DNA from: an uncultured delta proteobacterium
Lineage (GTDB): Bacteria; Desulfobacterota; Desulfobacteria; Desulfobacterales; UBA2156
Reading direction: 5' to 3'
DNA: 64,000 nucleotides
Assembly (NCBI GenBank): GCA_963736855.1
Contig: CAVTQK010000009.1
Span: 128,001 to 192,000 of the forward strand
The translations under genes were made by a program, and so were the position numbers. The notes below the pieces were generated by a model. It did not search any database, was not told the DNA's origin, and saw only the letters and a list, made by a program, of their open reading frames with translations. Shown here one piece after another: positions 1 to 9,935 of this stretch (within the stretch, counting starts at the first letter, position 1; every line of letters begins with the position of its first letter).

Positions 1-57
1 TTCAATATCATGCCCATCAGCACCCCGGAACAGGACCTGAAAGCCATTCTGGGATAA
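1..57 (+). CDS. hcp: 3' end of hybrid-cluster protein (hydroxylamine reductase), truncated by window start
   Basis: Frame 1 reads FNIMPISTPEQDLKAILG-stop, matching the recalled Hcp C-terminus (F.I.PI.TPE.DL.AILG); a terminator-like hairpin follows. Only 18 codons are visible. Confidence 0.7.
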   Translation, partial: FNIMPISTPEQDLKAILG

Positions 58-64
58 ATCAGAT

Positions 65-95
65 AAAAAAGCCGGAGGGGGTCATCCCTTCCGGC
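65..95. terminator. Intrinsic terminator-like hairpin between convergent genes
   Basis: Stem-loop GCCGGAGGGG-gtcat-CCCTTCCGGC preceded by an A6 tract (a U-tract on the minus strand). Confidence 0.7.
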
Positions 96-136
96 AATTA
101 AACACGCCATGATTTCAATAGGCGCCTGATCCCTGT

Positions 137-535
137 CTATTCCTCAAATTTCAGGAAAAGCACACCCTTTTCATTATCCACCGTAAGGCCGGCTTCTCCC
201 CATTCGTAGATCTTGCAATCATGGCTTTCCGGTGTCGGATGCGAACAACCGATGAACGGCAAAACCGGGTCTCCGACCTGAGACTTGAAGTTGAGCATCA
301 TCGCCGATGTTTTTGGGAAACGTTCCACCCCTAATAGTTGATGAATGAAAATGGAAGATCGGCCTTCGAAAAAGCCTCCCGATTCTCTGATTGATGAGAT
401 TTTTTCCCGGAAGCGGTCGATTGCCTTTTCGGTGGTTGCCGCATCCACGATGAGGGTGAATTCCCCGTGACGGCGTTGGGACTCCTCGGACTTTTCCTGA
501 TCGGAAAGGTATATAAAACTCCCTGCGTAAATCAT
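137..535 (-). CDS. Hypothetical protein (132 aa)
   Basis: ORF with an AGGGAGG RBS, directly downstream of the 563-1390 gene; no family recognised. Confidence 0.7.
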   Translation of the reverse strand: MIYAGSFIYLSDQEKSEESQRRHGEFTLIVDAATTEKAIDRFREKISSIRESGGFFEGRSSIFIHQLLGVERFPKTSAMMLNFKSQVGDPVLPFIGCSHPTPESHDCKIYEWGEAGLTVDNEKGVLFLKFEE

Positions 536-562
536 GTCATTGCCTCCCTTTTTCGGATTCAG

Positions 563-1390
563 TCATTTGACGATCCGCAACACGTGGGTCTTTTTGAGCT
601 TTTTCCACAGCTCCCGGATGATGACCATCGAGGCCTCGTCCCGGTTGAGGGTGGTTTTACCGGCATGGTTCATACAGGACTTCAGCAGCCCCGGAGTAAC
701 GCACCACAGTGTCAGTCGGTTCCGGATATATTGGCCCAGAGTCGATTTTAGAATCGGGAGGTTGTCTTCCGTCATATTGGCCAGGGTGGTCTTATCCCTC
801 AAAGACATGACCGGCAACAATTGGTTCACCGCCTCATCGACGGTTTTGGGAAGGGTGTTTACCTGTCGATCTGCTCCCTTTCCTGAAACCGGTGCTTCCG
901 TGCTGGGTATTGGCTTCTTTTCCCCCAGATTCAGGGTGTATGCGGCTTCAAGGATTTCCAGAACATTATTGTAAATGGCCGGGTCCCGGCTGGCCCTGGG
1001 GCCGGCCACGTTGAGGATTTCCACGCCGTTTTCTGCAACCCAGGCGCTGATTTTTTGGGCAGCTTCGAATTTTGACATTTTATTCAAGTCGATATGAAGC
1101 CATGGACGCGCGTGCTGAAGGGCCATGTCCCGCGTGTAAGCCGACCCACCCGAAAGCTTGCCGTGGGAGAGGATCACTGTTCCATCCGAGTCGATGACGT
1201 TTTGCTCGGTACGGTCCTGGTAATTGCCCGTAGGCATCTCTTCCAGATGATATTTCTCAGGAAGCGGACCGTCTTCCGTGAGTCGCCCTCTGGGGGCCCA
1301 TCCACCGTGGGGAATGTCCAGTTTGATGGCAACATCCAAGGCGGCCTGGTCCGCCCCGGTTTGACCACCCGATACGATCTTCTTAATCAT
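563..1390 (-). CDS. Putative molybdenum-carrier / YpsA-like SLOG family protein with extra C-terminal domain
   Basis: MIKKIVSGGQTGADQAALD...GGWAPRGR...RTEQNVIDSDGT...LNVAGPRAS motifs. Start moved to ATG 1390 because the ORF-track extension runs into a palindromic repeat element. Confidence 0.8.
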   Translation of the reverse strand: MIKKIVSGGQTGADQAALDVAIKLDIPHGGWAPRGRLTEDGPLPEKYHLEEMPTGNYQDRTEQNVIDSDGTVILSHGKLSGGSAYTRDMALQHARPWLHIDLNKMSKFEAAQKISAWVAENGVEILNVAGPRASRDPAIYNNVLEILEAAYTLNLGEKKPIPSTEAPVSGKGADRQVNTLPKTVDEAVNQLLPVMSLRDKTTLANMTEDNLPILKSTLGQYIRNRLTLWCVTPGLLKSCMNHAGKTTLNRDEASMVIIRELWKKLKKTHVLRIVK

Positions 1391-1441
1391 GACTGTGTTC
1401 CTGTTCGAAGGAAAAAGAATAACAGATAAATCCGTTCTATT

Positions 1442-1635
1442 TTGACTAAATCGTAAAAAAGCTATTATTGCTCGCTTCGTGACCATTTTCGGGAGATGCT
1501 CACGGCTTCTCTAAATTTCAAGAACTCGGCGCAAGCGCCTCACACAGCTTGAAATTATTAACGCTCAGCCATTCGCATCTCTTTTTCCGAAAATACTCAA
1601 ATCTCGCTTGCAAAAGCTTTTTACGAAGACCTCAA
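1442..1635. repeat. ~195-bp imperfect palindrome, MITE/REP-like element
   Basis: Nested inverted repeats: TCGTAAAAAAGCT/AGCTTTTTACGA, ATTTTCGG/CCGAAAAT, GAGATGC/GCATCTC, AATTTCAAG/CTTGAAATT, and a central GGCGC-AA-GCGCC. Confidence 0.75.
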
Positions 1636-1660
1636 TTTTTATCCCAAGTTTCCACCATGG

Positions 1661-2383
1661 TCAAGGGGCTGTAGAACCGGCAAAGATGCGTCGTACTTTC
1701 AGGTTCAGCATCTCGACGAAGACCGAAAACGCCATGGCAAAGTAGATATACCCTTTGGCGATATGCTGGCCGAATCCCTCTGCGATCAACGTGACGCCGA
1801 TGAGGAGCAAAAATGCGAGGGCGAGCATTTTAATCGTGGGGTGTCGCTCCACGAAATGACTGATGATCGAAGCGAAAAACATCATAAAGATAACCGCCAC
1901 GATGATGGCGGTGATCATGATGCCCACGTGATTGGCCATACCCACCGCGGTGATGACGGAATCCAGGGAGAAGATGATATCGAGCATCATGATCGCTACC
2001 AGAACCCCCACAAAGGAGGCAGCGGCTCGGGAGACGGTTTTGTCCTTAGGCCCTTCCAGGCGGCCGTGGATTTCATGGGTACTCTTTGCCACCAGGAATA
2101 ATCCGCCTGAAAGCAGAATGAGATCCCTTCCGGAGAAGGGTTTTCCCCAGACGGCAAACCAGGGGCTGGTCAGCTTCATGATCCAGGTGATAGACAACAG
2201 AAGCAGAATCCTCGTGATCATGGCAAGGGCGAGACCCAGGGTTCGGGCTTTTCCCTGCTGGTCGGCCGGCAGCTTTCCCGCTAGAATTGAGATAAAGACG
2301 ATATTGTCGATACCTAAAACGATTTCCAGGGCGGTCAGGGTCGCCAGGGCGATCCAGGATTCGGGTTGGGTGATCCAGTGCAT
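1661..2383 (-). CDS. TerC family membrane protein
   Basis: LEIVLGIDNIVFISIL and DIIFSLDSVITAVG motifs; multiple TM helices. Confidence 0.9.
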   Translation of the reverse strand: MHWITQPESWIALATLTALEIVLGIDNIVFISILAGKLPADQQGKARTLGLALAMITRILLLLSITWIMKLTSPWFAVWGKPFSGRDLILLSGGLFLVAKSTHEIHGRLEGPKDKTVSRAAASFVGVLVAIMMLDIIFSLDSVITAVGMANHVGIMITAIIVAVIFMMFFASIISHFVERHPTIKMLALAFLLLIGVTLIAEGFGQHIAKGYIYFAMAFSVFVEMLNLKVRRIFAGSTAP

Positions 2384-2632
2384 GGGTTTTCTTCCTTATT
2401 CAAAACGGATGATAATAGAAACTCTGTTAATGAACCGGATCTGAGGTATCCAGAAAGGAATTGCCTCAAATCGCCGATCATTGCAAGTGCTCTATTTTAG
2501 ATTATCCGGAAATTTTTCCGATTCAAAAAGGTTAAAGGCGGACTTGAAAGATATTGACAGACCGGGGTCCGTTTCGATAGTCAAAAATGCTTATTAAGAT
2601 AATATGTTTCACCAGATCAACCTCATTCAACC

Positions 2633-3658
2633 ATGGACTTCGGGATGCTGTCGGATACGGAAAACAAGCTTCAGGCCTGCCTTGAAATCGGCAAAACCCT
2701 CATCGCTACGTTTAAAATTCAGGAAATCCTGGAGCTCATCATGACCAAGATCAGCCAGTTGATCCCGGCTCACAACTGGTCGTTATTGCTGGAAGATGAG
2801 TCAACGGGCGAATTGCGGTTTGAAATCGTCGTGGGGATCGACAAAAGCGAGGTCAGAAATATTCGGATCCGGCCAGGGGAAGGAATTGCCGGCACCGTTT
2901 TTTCCTCGGGGAAACCGATTTTCATACCCGACGCCCAAAATGATACAAGGTTCAACCGTAAGGTGGACCAGGAAACGGGTTTTGTCACCCGGTCGATTTA
3001 TTGTGTTCCTGTTCAAGCAAAAGAAAGAGTCCTGGGGGTCATCGAAATCATCAATGTGAATGATGTGGACACCTTCGAGGATCGGTATCTTTCGATACTT
3101 ACCATCCTATCCGATTATGTGGCCATCGCCGTTGAAAACGCTCAGCTTTTTGCTCAGGTGGAGCGGCTCAGCATCACGGACGAATATACGGGACATTACA
3201 ACGCCCGGTATCTGCACCAGAACCTCGGGAGGTTTATCGCCGAGGCTGACCGGTCCGGGAAGGGCTTGACGGTGGCCTTTGTTGATATCGATGATTTCAA
3301 GGCCATCGTTGATACCCACGGTCACCTGGCGGCCGGACAGGTCTTGAAGGAAGTGGCCGGCACCATTGCCTCCCGGCTTTCCCGACAGGATGTTTTGATC
3401 AAGTACGGCGGAGATGAATATGTCCTGATATTCAGGAATAAGGGGCGGACCGAGGCGGTGGAACAAATGGATTCAATCGTACAGGCCATTAAAGAATCCA
3501 GGTACCTGATTTCCGAGACTCCGGACCTGACACTCACCGCCTCCTTCGGCATGGCGTTTTATCCCGAAGACGCCAAGACGGAAAAGGATCTGCTCATCCT
3601 TGCGGACAACGCCATGTTCGCCGCGAAACGGGCCCGTAAAAAGGGCCATTTACGTTGA
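2633..3658 (+). CDS. GAF-sensor diguanylate cyclase
   Basis: N-terminal GAF (GEGIAGTV, D..TGFVTRSI.CVP), then DIDDFK and YGGDEY of a GGDEF domain. Confidence 0.9.
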   Translation: MDFGMLSDTENKLQACLEIGKTLIATFKIQEILELIMTKISQLIPAHNWSLLLEDESTGELRFEIVVGIDKSEVRNIRIRPGEGIAGTVFSSGKPIFIPDAQNDTRFNRKVDQETGFVTRSIYCVPVQAKERVLGVIEIINVNDVDTFEDRYLSILTILSDYVAIAVENAQLFAQVERLSITDEYTGHYNARYLHQNLGRFIAEADRSGKGLTVAFVDIDDFKAIVDTHGHLAAGQVLKEVAGTIASRLSRQDVLIKYGGDEYVLIFRNKGRTEAVEQMDSIVQAIKESRYLISETPDLTLTASFGMAFYPEDAKTEKDLLILADNAMFAAKRARKKGHLR

Positions 3659-3745
3659 GACTGCACGTAGTGTTGTGTATGTAAAGCCGTTACTGAGACA
3701 CAATATTAAGTAATTACCTTATAACTTCGCTGCGTCCCTTCAGGC

Positions 3746-4772
3746 TTAACTTCCGATTTTTCGGGCCTTTTTAGCTGCATACAGCGCTTCGTCGGCCTTT
3801 TTGAGAAGGGTTCTGGAGTCGCCGATTCCTGCATCTTCCACCGAAGCGACCCCGTAACTAAAAGAAACGGGCATGCTCTTCCCCCCTAACTGGAGGGGGT
3901 GATCCGCAAAATGAGCACATATCCGCTCCATAAGAAGCTGTGCACTCTTTTTATCCGTTTCCGGCAAAAGGATGAGGAATTCATCCCCGGCATACCGGGC
4001 CACTACATCGATCTTTCGGCAGAACCCGGAAAGTTTTTGGGCCAGGTATTTCAGGACTTCGTCGCCGACACCGTGGCCTTGGATGTCGTTGACTTCTTTA
4101 AAGTGGTCCAGATCCAGAAAGACCAGTGAAAGACTCGTGCGGTAGCGTCTTGCCCGCAGGTATTCCCTTTCCAGGACGGAATCCATCACGCGTCGATTGA
4201 GCAATCCGGTCAAAGGATCGTGGAAGGCGAGAAACCGTACTTTCTCATGGGCGATCACGTTGGAAAGGCAGAGCGAGACCTTTACGGCAAGCTGTTCCAG
4301 GAGACTCGTGTCGATGCCGGGACGAAATCGGTCAGGGGAAGGATCGCCCTGATTCATGCTGCCGATGATGTTCCCGTCTAGGGCAATAGGAGCGATGGCG
4401 ATGGAGCATACCGGGAATACTCCGCGCTTCCGGGAAAAGGGGAATAAACCGACTCAAATCTCCGTTGACCAGAACCGGTTCGCTTTGCATTCCGGTCAGA
4501 TTCTCAAAGGTTTTCTTGTCCACGATATTCAGATGTTTCTTGAGTTTTTCGGAAGCGCTAAGCTTCTCGATGAAACCGGCAAGTTCGCTTTTTCCGATCA
4601 GCGATATCCAGGAGTAGGGGATTTTGAATTGATTGCGGATCTCTGCCAGAAGGACCTCGACGAGACTGGAAAAGTCCAGTATGGTCAGAATCCGCTTTTC
4701 GATCTCGAAAAATTTACGGGCGATTTCTTCGTTGTTCCTGACAATTTCCAGTATCGTTTTCAGATCCGGCAT
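3746..4772 (-). CDS. DUF484/GAF-like + GGDEF diguanylate cyclase, split by a +1 frameshift near 4412
   Basis: ORFs 4332-4772 and 3746-4357 join if one base is removed (...PEARSIP|VCSIAIAPIALDGNIIGSMNQGD...), giving 341 aa; HDPLTGLLNRR, DLDHFK, RKID I-site, AGDEF motif. Confidence 0.8.
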
Positions 4773-5146
4773 GGAGTCTTTTCAAGGGGGATGAGAAATC
4801 ATCGCCCCTCCTTTATCGCACTGGCCGCGCATTCGTTTTTCCGAGATCCATGGCGTCCTGCTCCTCTTCGTCTACCTCGATCAATCCGGCGTTGATCTCC
4901 CGGATCCTGGCGCTTTGGCGAAATCCGCGTAGGCATCGATGTTTTTCGCCGGGTCGAATACCATCATCTGAGAGTCGGAAATCAACCCGTAGCTGCAGGA
5001 GGCTTTCCTCGATCTGCGGAGCCCTTCCACTCGTTGAAAAAATATATATCAGGATCTTCGTTCTTGTCAAAAGCAGTTAGTTGTGACCCAATAGGGCGGA
5101 AAACCTTTTTTATCTTGAATAAATCATATCTAAAAAGGTTTAAAAA

Positions 5147-6736
5147 TCAGGGCAAGTAGCCGCGAGCCAGGGTTGTGAAGCGTTTTACCTGCTCCAGACA
5201 CCAGGAGTCGTCCCTTCCTAAGGCTTTAGACAGAATTTCCGCTACCCTGGGCGCCATCCGGATGCCGGCAGCCGCGTCACGGATCAAGACGCGCCTCCTG
5301 CGGGATAGAAAGTCTTCCAGAGTCCGGACCATCTCGTTTTTAACGGCCCAAAGGATTTCTCCCGCGAAAACGTCCAAAGCAGGGTCGATTTTTTCCCGGG
5401 AAGCATCGTTTTGGTTAATGCACTCACGGACGGCAGGGGCATCGGAGCCGTAAATGGCAAGGTTTCCGAAAGGTGCAGGGTCTTCGTGGTATCCGTGAAT
5501 TTTCAGCTCCTGTGTGGTGCATGGCTTAGGGTCAAGCTGGCCGATAACGGCGGCCTGGTCCACCGTTTCCTCGGCCATTTTACGATAGGTTGTCCATTTG
5601 CCGCCGGTGGTGGTGATCAGGCCGGAACGGGAGATGGAAAGGACATGGTCTCTCGAAAGGGCAGCCGTATCGGAACCTTGCTGTCCTACCAGAGGGCGGA
5701 TTCCGGCGAACATGCTCCGGATATCCTCTTTTCCAGGATCCTTCGTGAGGTAGCGGGAGGAGTGTGAGATCAGAAAATCGATCTCCTCCGAGAGAGGGGC
5801 CGGCTCGAGGCTCACCTTTTCAAGGGGTGTGTCGGTGGTGCCGACGATGACCCTATCGTGCCAGGGAATGGCGAACAGGACCCGACCGTCGTCCGTATGC
5901 GGCACCATGATGGCACTGTCCCCGGGCAGAAACGATTTATCCAGGACGATATGCACCCCCTGGCTCGGCTGAATCATGGCGTGTGAGGCCGGATCATCCA
6001 TCCTGCGGATACTGTCACAAAAAGGACCTGTGGCATTGATCACCGCTCTCGCCTTGAGGGTGTATTCCGTTCCGGTTTCGACATCGCACGCAATGACGCC
6101 GTCGATGAAGTCATCTTTCTTTAAGAGGGCTTCGACCCGCATGTAGTTGACCAGGACAGCACCCTGTTCCCAGGCGGTCTGGGCGAGGTTGATGGCCAGG
6201 CGCGCGTCATCGAATTGGCCGTCGTGGTAAATCACGCCGCATTTCAGGCCGAGCGTTTCCACCGTCGGGATACGCTTCAGCGTTTCTTTCCGGGACAAAA
6301 TCTCGGAGCTGCCGAATCCCTCTTTTCCGGCCAGCATGTCGTAGATCTTCAGACCGATGCCGTAAAACGGTCCCTCCCACCAGTCATAATTGGGCACTAC
6401 GAAGGGCAGATTAAACACCAGATGCGGCGCATTGCGGCGAAGACGCCCTCGCTCTTTCAGGGCCTCCACGATGAGGGAGAGATTTCCCTGCTGGAGGTAA
6501 CGCACCCCGCCATGAATCAGTTTCGTGCTCCGGCTCGAGGTCCCTTGGGCAAAATCCCCTTGCTCTAAAAGGAGCGTGGCATAGCTCCGGGTGGCGGCAT
6601 CTAAAGCCGTTCCCAATCCGGTTGCGCCGCCTCCGATGATGATGAGATCCCATCGCTTCGCTTTTTCCTTAAGCTGCGCAATCCCCGTCTCCCGCTCCAT
6701 ATAATTTGAGCCATCCATAATTTTTTGCATTTCCAT
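5147..6736 (-). CDS. glpD: FAD-dependent glycerol-3-phosphate dehydrogenase/oxidase
   Basis: IIGGGATG, GTSSRSTKLIHGGVRYL, DGQFDDARL, GGKWTTYRKMAE; the true start may be ATG 6700. Confidence 0.9.
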   Translation of the reverse strand: MEMQKIMDGSNYMERETGIAQLKEKAKRWDLIIIGGGATGLGTALDAATRSYATLLLEQGDFAQGTSSRSTKLIHGGVRYLQQGNLSLIVEALKERGRLRRNAPHLVFNLPFVVPNYDWWEGPFYGIGLKIYDMLAGKEGFGSSEILSRKETLKRIPTVETLGLKCGVIYHDGQFDDARLAINLAQTAWEQGAVLVNYMRVEALLKKDDFIDGVIACDVETGTEYTLKARAVINATGPFCDSIRRMDDPASHAMIQPSQGVHIVLDKSFLPGDSAIMVPHTDDGRVLFAIPWHDRVIVGTTDTPLEKVSLEPAPLSEEIDFLISHSSRYLTKDPGKEDIRSMFAGIRPLVGQQGSDTAALSRDHVLSISRSGLITTTGGKWTTYRKMAEETVDQAAVIGQLDPKPCTTQELKIHGYHEDPAPFGNLAIYGSDAPAVRECINQNDASREKIDPALDVFAGEILWAVKNEMVRTLEDFLSRRRRVLIRDAAAGIRMAPRVAEILSKALGRDDSWCLEQVKRFTTLARGYLP

Positions 6737-6791
6737 CAGCTTGCAATCGCTTTAGCTATCGCGCGATGTGCTGAAGAAAAAAATCGAACTC

Positions 6792-7712
6792 TCACGGATT
6801 CCTTAAAAAGGATTCCAGAACCCGGGCCATCTCCGGGGTGCGCAGATAGCCATAGTCCTTATGGGGGTTTCTTACACCCGCCATGGCGTAATCGTTTCGG
6901 ACATAGGTGTCCATGGGCCGCACGCCATAGATGTTGGGCTTAAAATCGTCGAACAACCGGTGGTCTAATGCGACTTTGTCTTCGATGTCCGAAAAATTAA
7001 ACCAGCGCTTCCGGATGCTGTCCGGACACCGGATGCTGTCCGGAACGAAAGATCCTTTTCCGGCATAGTGTTCCGTGTAGATACGATGGACCACCACAGG
7101 TAATCCCAGCGGAGATCCAATCGTCACCAAGGTATCGACGGCCACTTCCGAATATGCCGAAAGCAGCACATCGAAGGCGATGACCGACCCCATGGAATGC
7201 GCGATAAGGAGGATCTCGTTGTTCCGATGGCGTTTCAGTACCTTCAAAAGCCGTTGTCGGATTAAAGTTTTTACCGGACGGTCTCCTCCATTTTTTGTGG
7301 GGACCGTTTTGGAATAGTAGGTCTCGAATTCGGAGAAATACCGGCGGATGATCAGATCGCTGATGAAAGTGAAGTTCGGCTTAAACTCATGATCCCAAAA
7401 AATTTTTTCCAGGCTCCGCTCAACGGATTCAATAAATTTTTCCTTTAAGGGTGAAACGGGTTTTGGTTCTTTGCGGGGCGGCTTAACGTATTTTTCATCC
7501 AAAAACAAGGGATGACCTGTGTCTTTTTGCCATGGGTCCAGGGGAATCGGGTTCAGGATATCGGCCCAGTATGCCGGCTCGAAGGGAAAGGAAATCTCGC
7601 GGGTCCCGATCTTTTTCAACCCGTCCTGGAGGGATCGCTTCCACCAGGTCTTAAAAAGCCTCCTGGGCGGCTTGTTTCCCAGTCCATGAATACCGATGAC
7701 GATTTTTTTCAT
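6792..7712 (-). CDS. Alpha/beta-hydrolase-fold protein
   Basis: GIHGLG near the N-terminus, nucleophile elbow AHSMG, LVTIGSPLG, late Asp and His (NPHKDYGYL). Confidence 0.65.
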   Translation of the reverse strand: MKKIVIGIHGLGNKPPRRLFKTWWKRSLQDGLKKIGTREISFPFEPAYWADILNPIPLDPWQKDTGHPLFLDEKYVKPPRKEPKPVSPLKEKFIESVERSLEKIFWDHEFKPNFTFISDLIIRRYFSEFETYYSKTVPTKNGGDRPVKTLIRQRLLKVLKRHRNNEILLIAHSMGSVIAFDVLLSAYSEVAVDTLVTIGSPLGLPVVVHRIYTEHYAGKGSFVPDSIRCPDSIRKRWFNFSDIEDKVALDHRLFDDFKPNIYGVRPMDTYVRNDYAMAGVRNPHKDYGYLRTPEMARVLESFLRNP

Positions 7713-7832
7713 GAAAATACCGGAACCTCGGGTTGATGATCCGAATCTTCAGCAAAAACAAACCCCGATACCTTTCAGGATGCTTTTCCGGTTTGATCCT
7801 CCGGATTTAAAAAACCTCATTTCCTTTCTCTT

Positions 7833-8378
7833 TCACGAAAATCGGAAGCAACGAAGACCCTGATCCAGCGCCTTGGCATCCTTCAAAATTGCCTCGAGCA
7901 TTTTCCAGAAGCGCAAGCCGTGATTCTTGACTCGGGTATGGACAAGCTCGTGCAATATCACATAATCGATAAGTTTTTCCGGGAGCAGAGAAAGGCGGAT
8001 ATTCAAACTGATGTTGTTTTTTCCGGAGCAGCTTGCCCAGAGGCTTTTCTGATTACGAATAAATGCGCGGTGATAATCCAGCCCGTGAAGGCGGGAAAGC
8101 GCATCGAGACGGCTCAGGAGCCGTTTCCGTGCCGATCTTTCATCCAAGACAGCTGCAGAGTCCAATACTTGGGTATGCCTCAGTCGGGTCAGTTGTTTGG
8201 CAATCCAGCCCCTTTTCGATTCGACAAACGCTTTTGTCCGGCTGAAAGATTCGCCGAAAGGCACCGTCACCCGAACCGTATCCGGATCGCACACCAAGAT
8301 GCGGATCCGCCTGGCTCGAGGGCTCCGCCGGAGCATCACTGCACCGATACCCGCAAGTTCGACGATTTTTTCGCTCAT
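7833..8378 (-). CDS. YgjP/DUF45 (M48-like) zinc metallopeptidase family protein
   Basis: QKSLWASCS, IDYVILHELVH...NHG..FW motifs. Confidence 0.85.
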   Translation of the reverse strand: MSEKIVELAGIGAVMLRRSPRARRIRILVCDPDTVRVTVPFGESFSRTKAFVESKRGWIAKQLTRLRHTQVLDSAAVLDERSARKRLLSRLDALSRLHGLDYHRAFIRNQKSLWASCSGKNNISLNIRLSLLPEKLIDYVILHELVHTRVKNHGLRFWKMLEAILKDAKALDQGLRCFRFS

Positions 8379-8489
8379 CCGATTAAACGGCTAAAAAACG
8401 GTTTGGATTCATCGGAAAGATACCTTACAATCGAAAACAGATCAATCGAATTCCGGGGTTGGTGAAATAGAAGAGAAAAGGATTACACC

Positions 8490-9935
8490 ATGAAAAAAAG
8501 AGCGGACATCGGTGTCGTCGGGCTGGCGGTGATGGGAGAAAACCTGGTCCTGAACATGGAAAGCAGGGGATTTACGGTGGCCTGTTATAACCGAACGATA
8601 AACAAGGTGGATGCTTTTATCAAAGGACGTGCCTTGGGGAAAAACATCATCGGCTGTCATAGCATCGGTGAATTGATCGGGACGTTGACCCGACCGCGAA
8701 AGGTCATGTGCATGATCCGGGCAGGATCGGCCGTGGATGCCTTTATCGCATCGGTTACACCCTACCTGGAGGCGGGAGACATCCTCATCGACGGCGGAAA
8801 CTCCCATTTTCAGGACACGATCCGCCGTCTGGAAGAAGCGGAGCGCAAAGGGCTTCAGTATGTCGGTGCCGGAATATCCGGCGGCGAAGAAGGTGCCCTT
8901 CTGGGACCGTCCATCATGCCCGGCGGTTCAGCGGCCGCATGGGAAGCGATCCGGCCGATCTTTCAGAAAATCTGCGCCTACACCGACGACGGCAAGCCCT
9001 GCTGCGACTGGGTGGGCGAGAGCGGTTCGGGCCATTTCGTGAAAATGGTTCACAACGGCATCGAATACGGCGACATGCAGCTTATCTGCGAGGTCTATCA
9101 GATTCTAAAAGATGGCCTATGTCTTTCCAACGAAGAGATGCAAAAAGTCTTTGCCGGGTGGAATCAAGGCCCCCTGAATTCCTATCTGATCGAAATCACG
9201 GCCGACATCCTCGGCTATAAGGATGAACAGGGTGAAGCGGTGATCGATAAAATACTCGACACGGCAGGCCAGAAAGGGACCGGCACGTGGACAGTCGCCT
9301 CGGCTCTGGATCTCGGTCAGCCGCTGACCCTGATCGGAGAGGCGGTTTTCGCCCGATACCTGTCCGCACTCAAAGATGAGCGCGTGGCCGCGTCCCGGTT
9401 GCTCACAGGTCCACACGTAGGTTTTATCGGCAACCGGACGGCTATGATCGCGGATCTCGGGGAGGCGCTCTACGCTTCCAAGATCGTCTCCTATGCGCAG
9501 GGTTTTCAAATCATGCGCGCCATGGCAGTTGAACGGGGATGGAGATTAGACTACGGGGGGATCGCCCAGCTTTGGCGGGGAGGATGCATCATCCGTTCGG
9601 TCTTTCTTGAAAAAATCAGGGAAGCCTTCGCCGCCGATTTCGACTTTTCGAATCTCTTGCTCGCTCCGTTCTTTCAACAGGCCATTGAAAAGGCACAACC
9701 GGGTTGGCGGCGTGCGGTTGCTGCGGCGCTGCAATGGGGCATTCCCATACCGGCGATCAGCGCGGCACTGGCCTATTATGACGGTTATCGCGCCGCGAGG
9801 CTGCCCGCAAACCTTTTACAGGCGCAGCGGGATTATTTCGGGGCACATACCTATGAAAGGATCGATAGGCCGCGGGGTGAATTTTTTCACACCCGTTGGA
9901 AAGATCGCAGGGGGGCCACCTCATCTTCCGCCTAA
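8490..9935 (+). CDS. gnd: 6-phosphogluconate dehydrogenase, decarboxylating (NADP+)
   Basis: GLAVMGENL, IDGGNS, SGGEEGAL, GHFVKMVHNGIEYGDMQLI, QAQRDYFGAHTYER. Confidence 0.97.
   Translation: MKKRADIGVVGLAVMGENLVLNMESRGFTVACYNRTINKVDAFIKGRALGKNIIGCHSIGELIGTLTRPRKVMCMIRAGSAVDAFIASVTPYLEAGDILIDGGNSHFQDTIRRLEEAERKGLQYVGAGISGGEEGALLGPSIMPGGSAAAWEAIRPIFQKICAYTDDGKPCCDWVGESGSGHFVKMVHNGIEYGDMQLICEVYQILKDGLCLSNEEMQKVFAGWNQGPLNSYLIEITADILGYKDEQGEAVIDKILDTAGQKGTGTWTVASALDLGQPLTLIGEAVFARYLSALKDERVAASRLLTGPHVGFIGNRTAMIADLGEALYASKIVSYAQGFQIMRAMAVERGWRLDYGGIAQLWRGGCIIRSVFLEKIREAFAADFDFSNLLLAPFFQQAIEKAQPGWRRAVAAALQWGIPIPAISAALAYYDGYRAARLPANLLQAQRDYFGAHTYERIDRPRGEFFHTRWKDRRGATSSSA

Noticed and set aside
2384..2632. 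Possible yybP-ykoY (Mn2+) riboswitch upstream of terC
   Set aside because: The conserved GGGGAGUA-type core is not present on the minus strand.
3659..3745. AT-rich stretch between convergent DGC genes as a possible dif or att site
   Set aside because: Does not match the XerC/XerD dif consensus; no integrase nearby.
4772..4812. Strong RBS and ATG at 4802 in frame with the DGC gene but interrupted by TGA (MISHPP-stop)
   Set aside because: No Cys/Sec-type context or evident SECIS; too short to call as readthrough or a regulatory uORF.
4813..5070. 85-aa minus-strand ORF, and a GAGGAAAGCCTC hairpin resembling RNase P RNA or a c-di-GMP riboswitch
   Set aside because: No recognisable protein family; it lacks the GAGGAAAGUCC continuation of RNase P RNA and the GEMM consensus. 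It could still be a decayed small gene.
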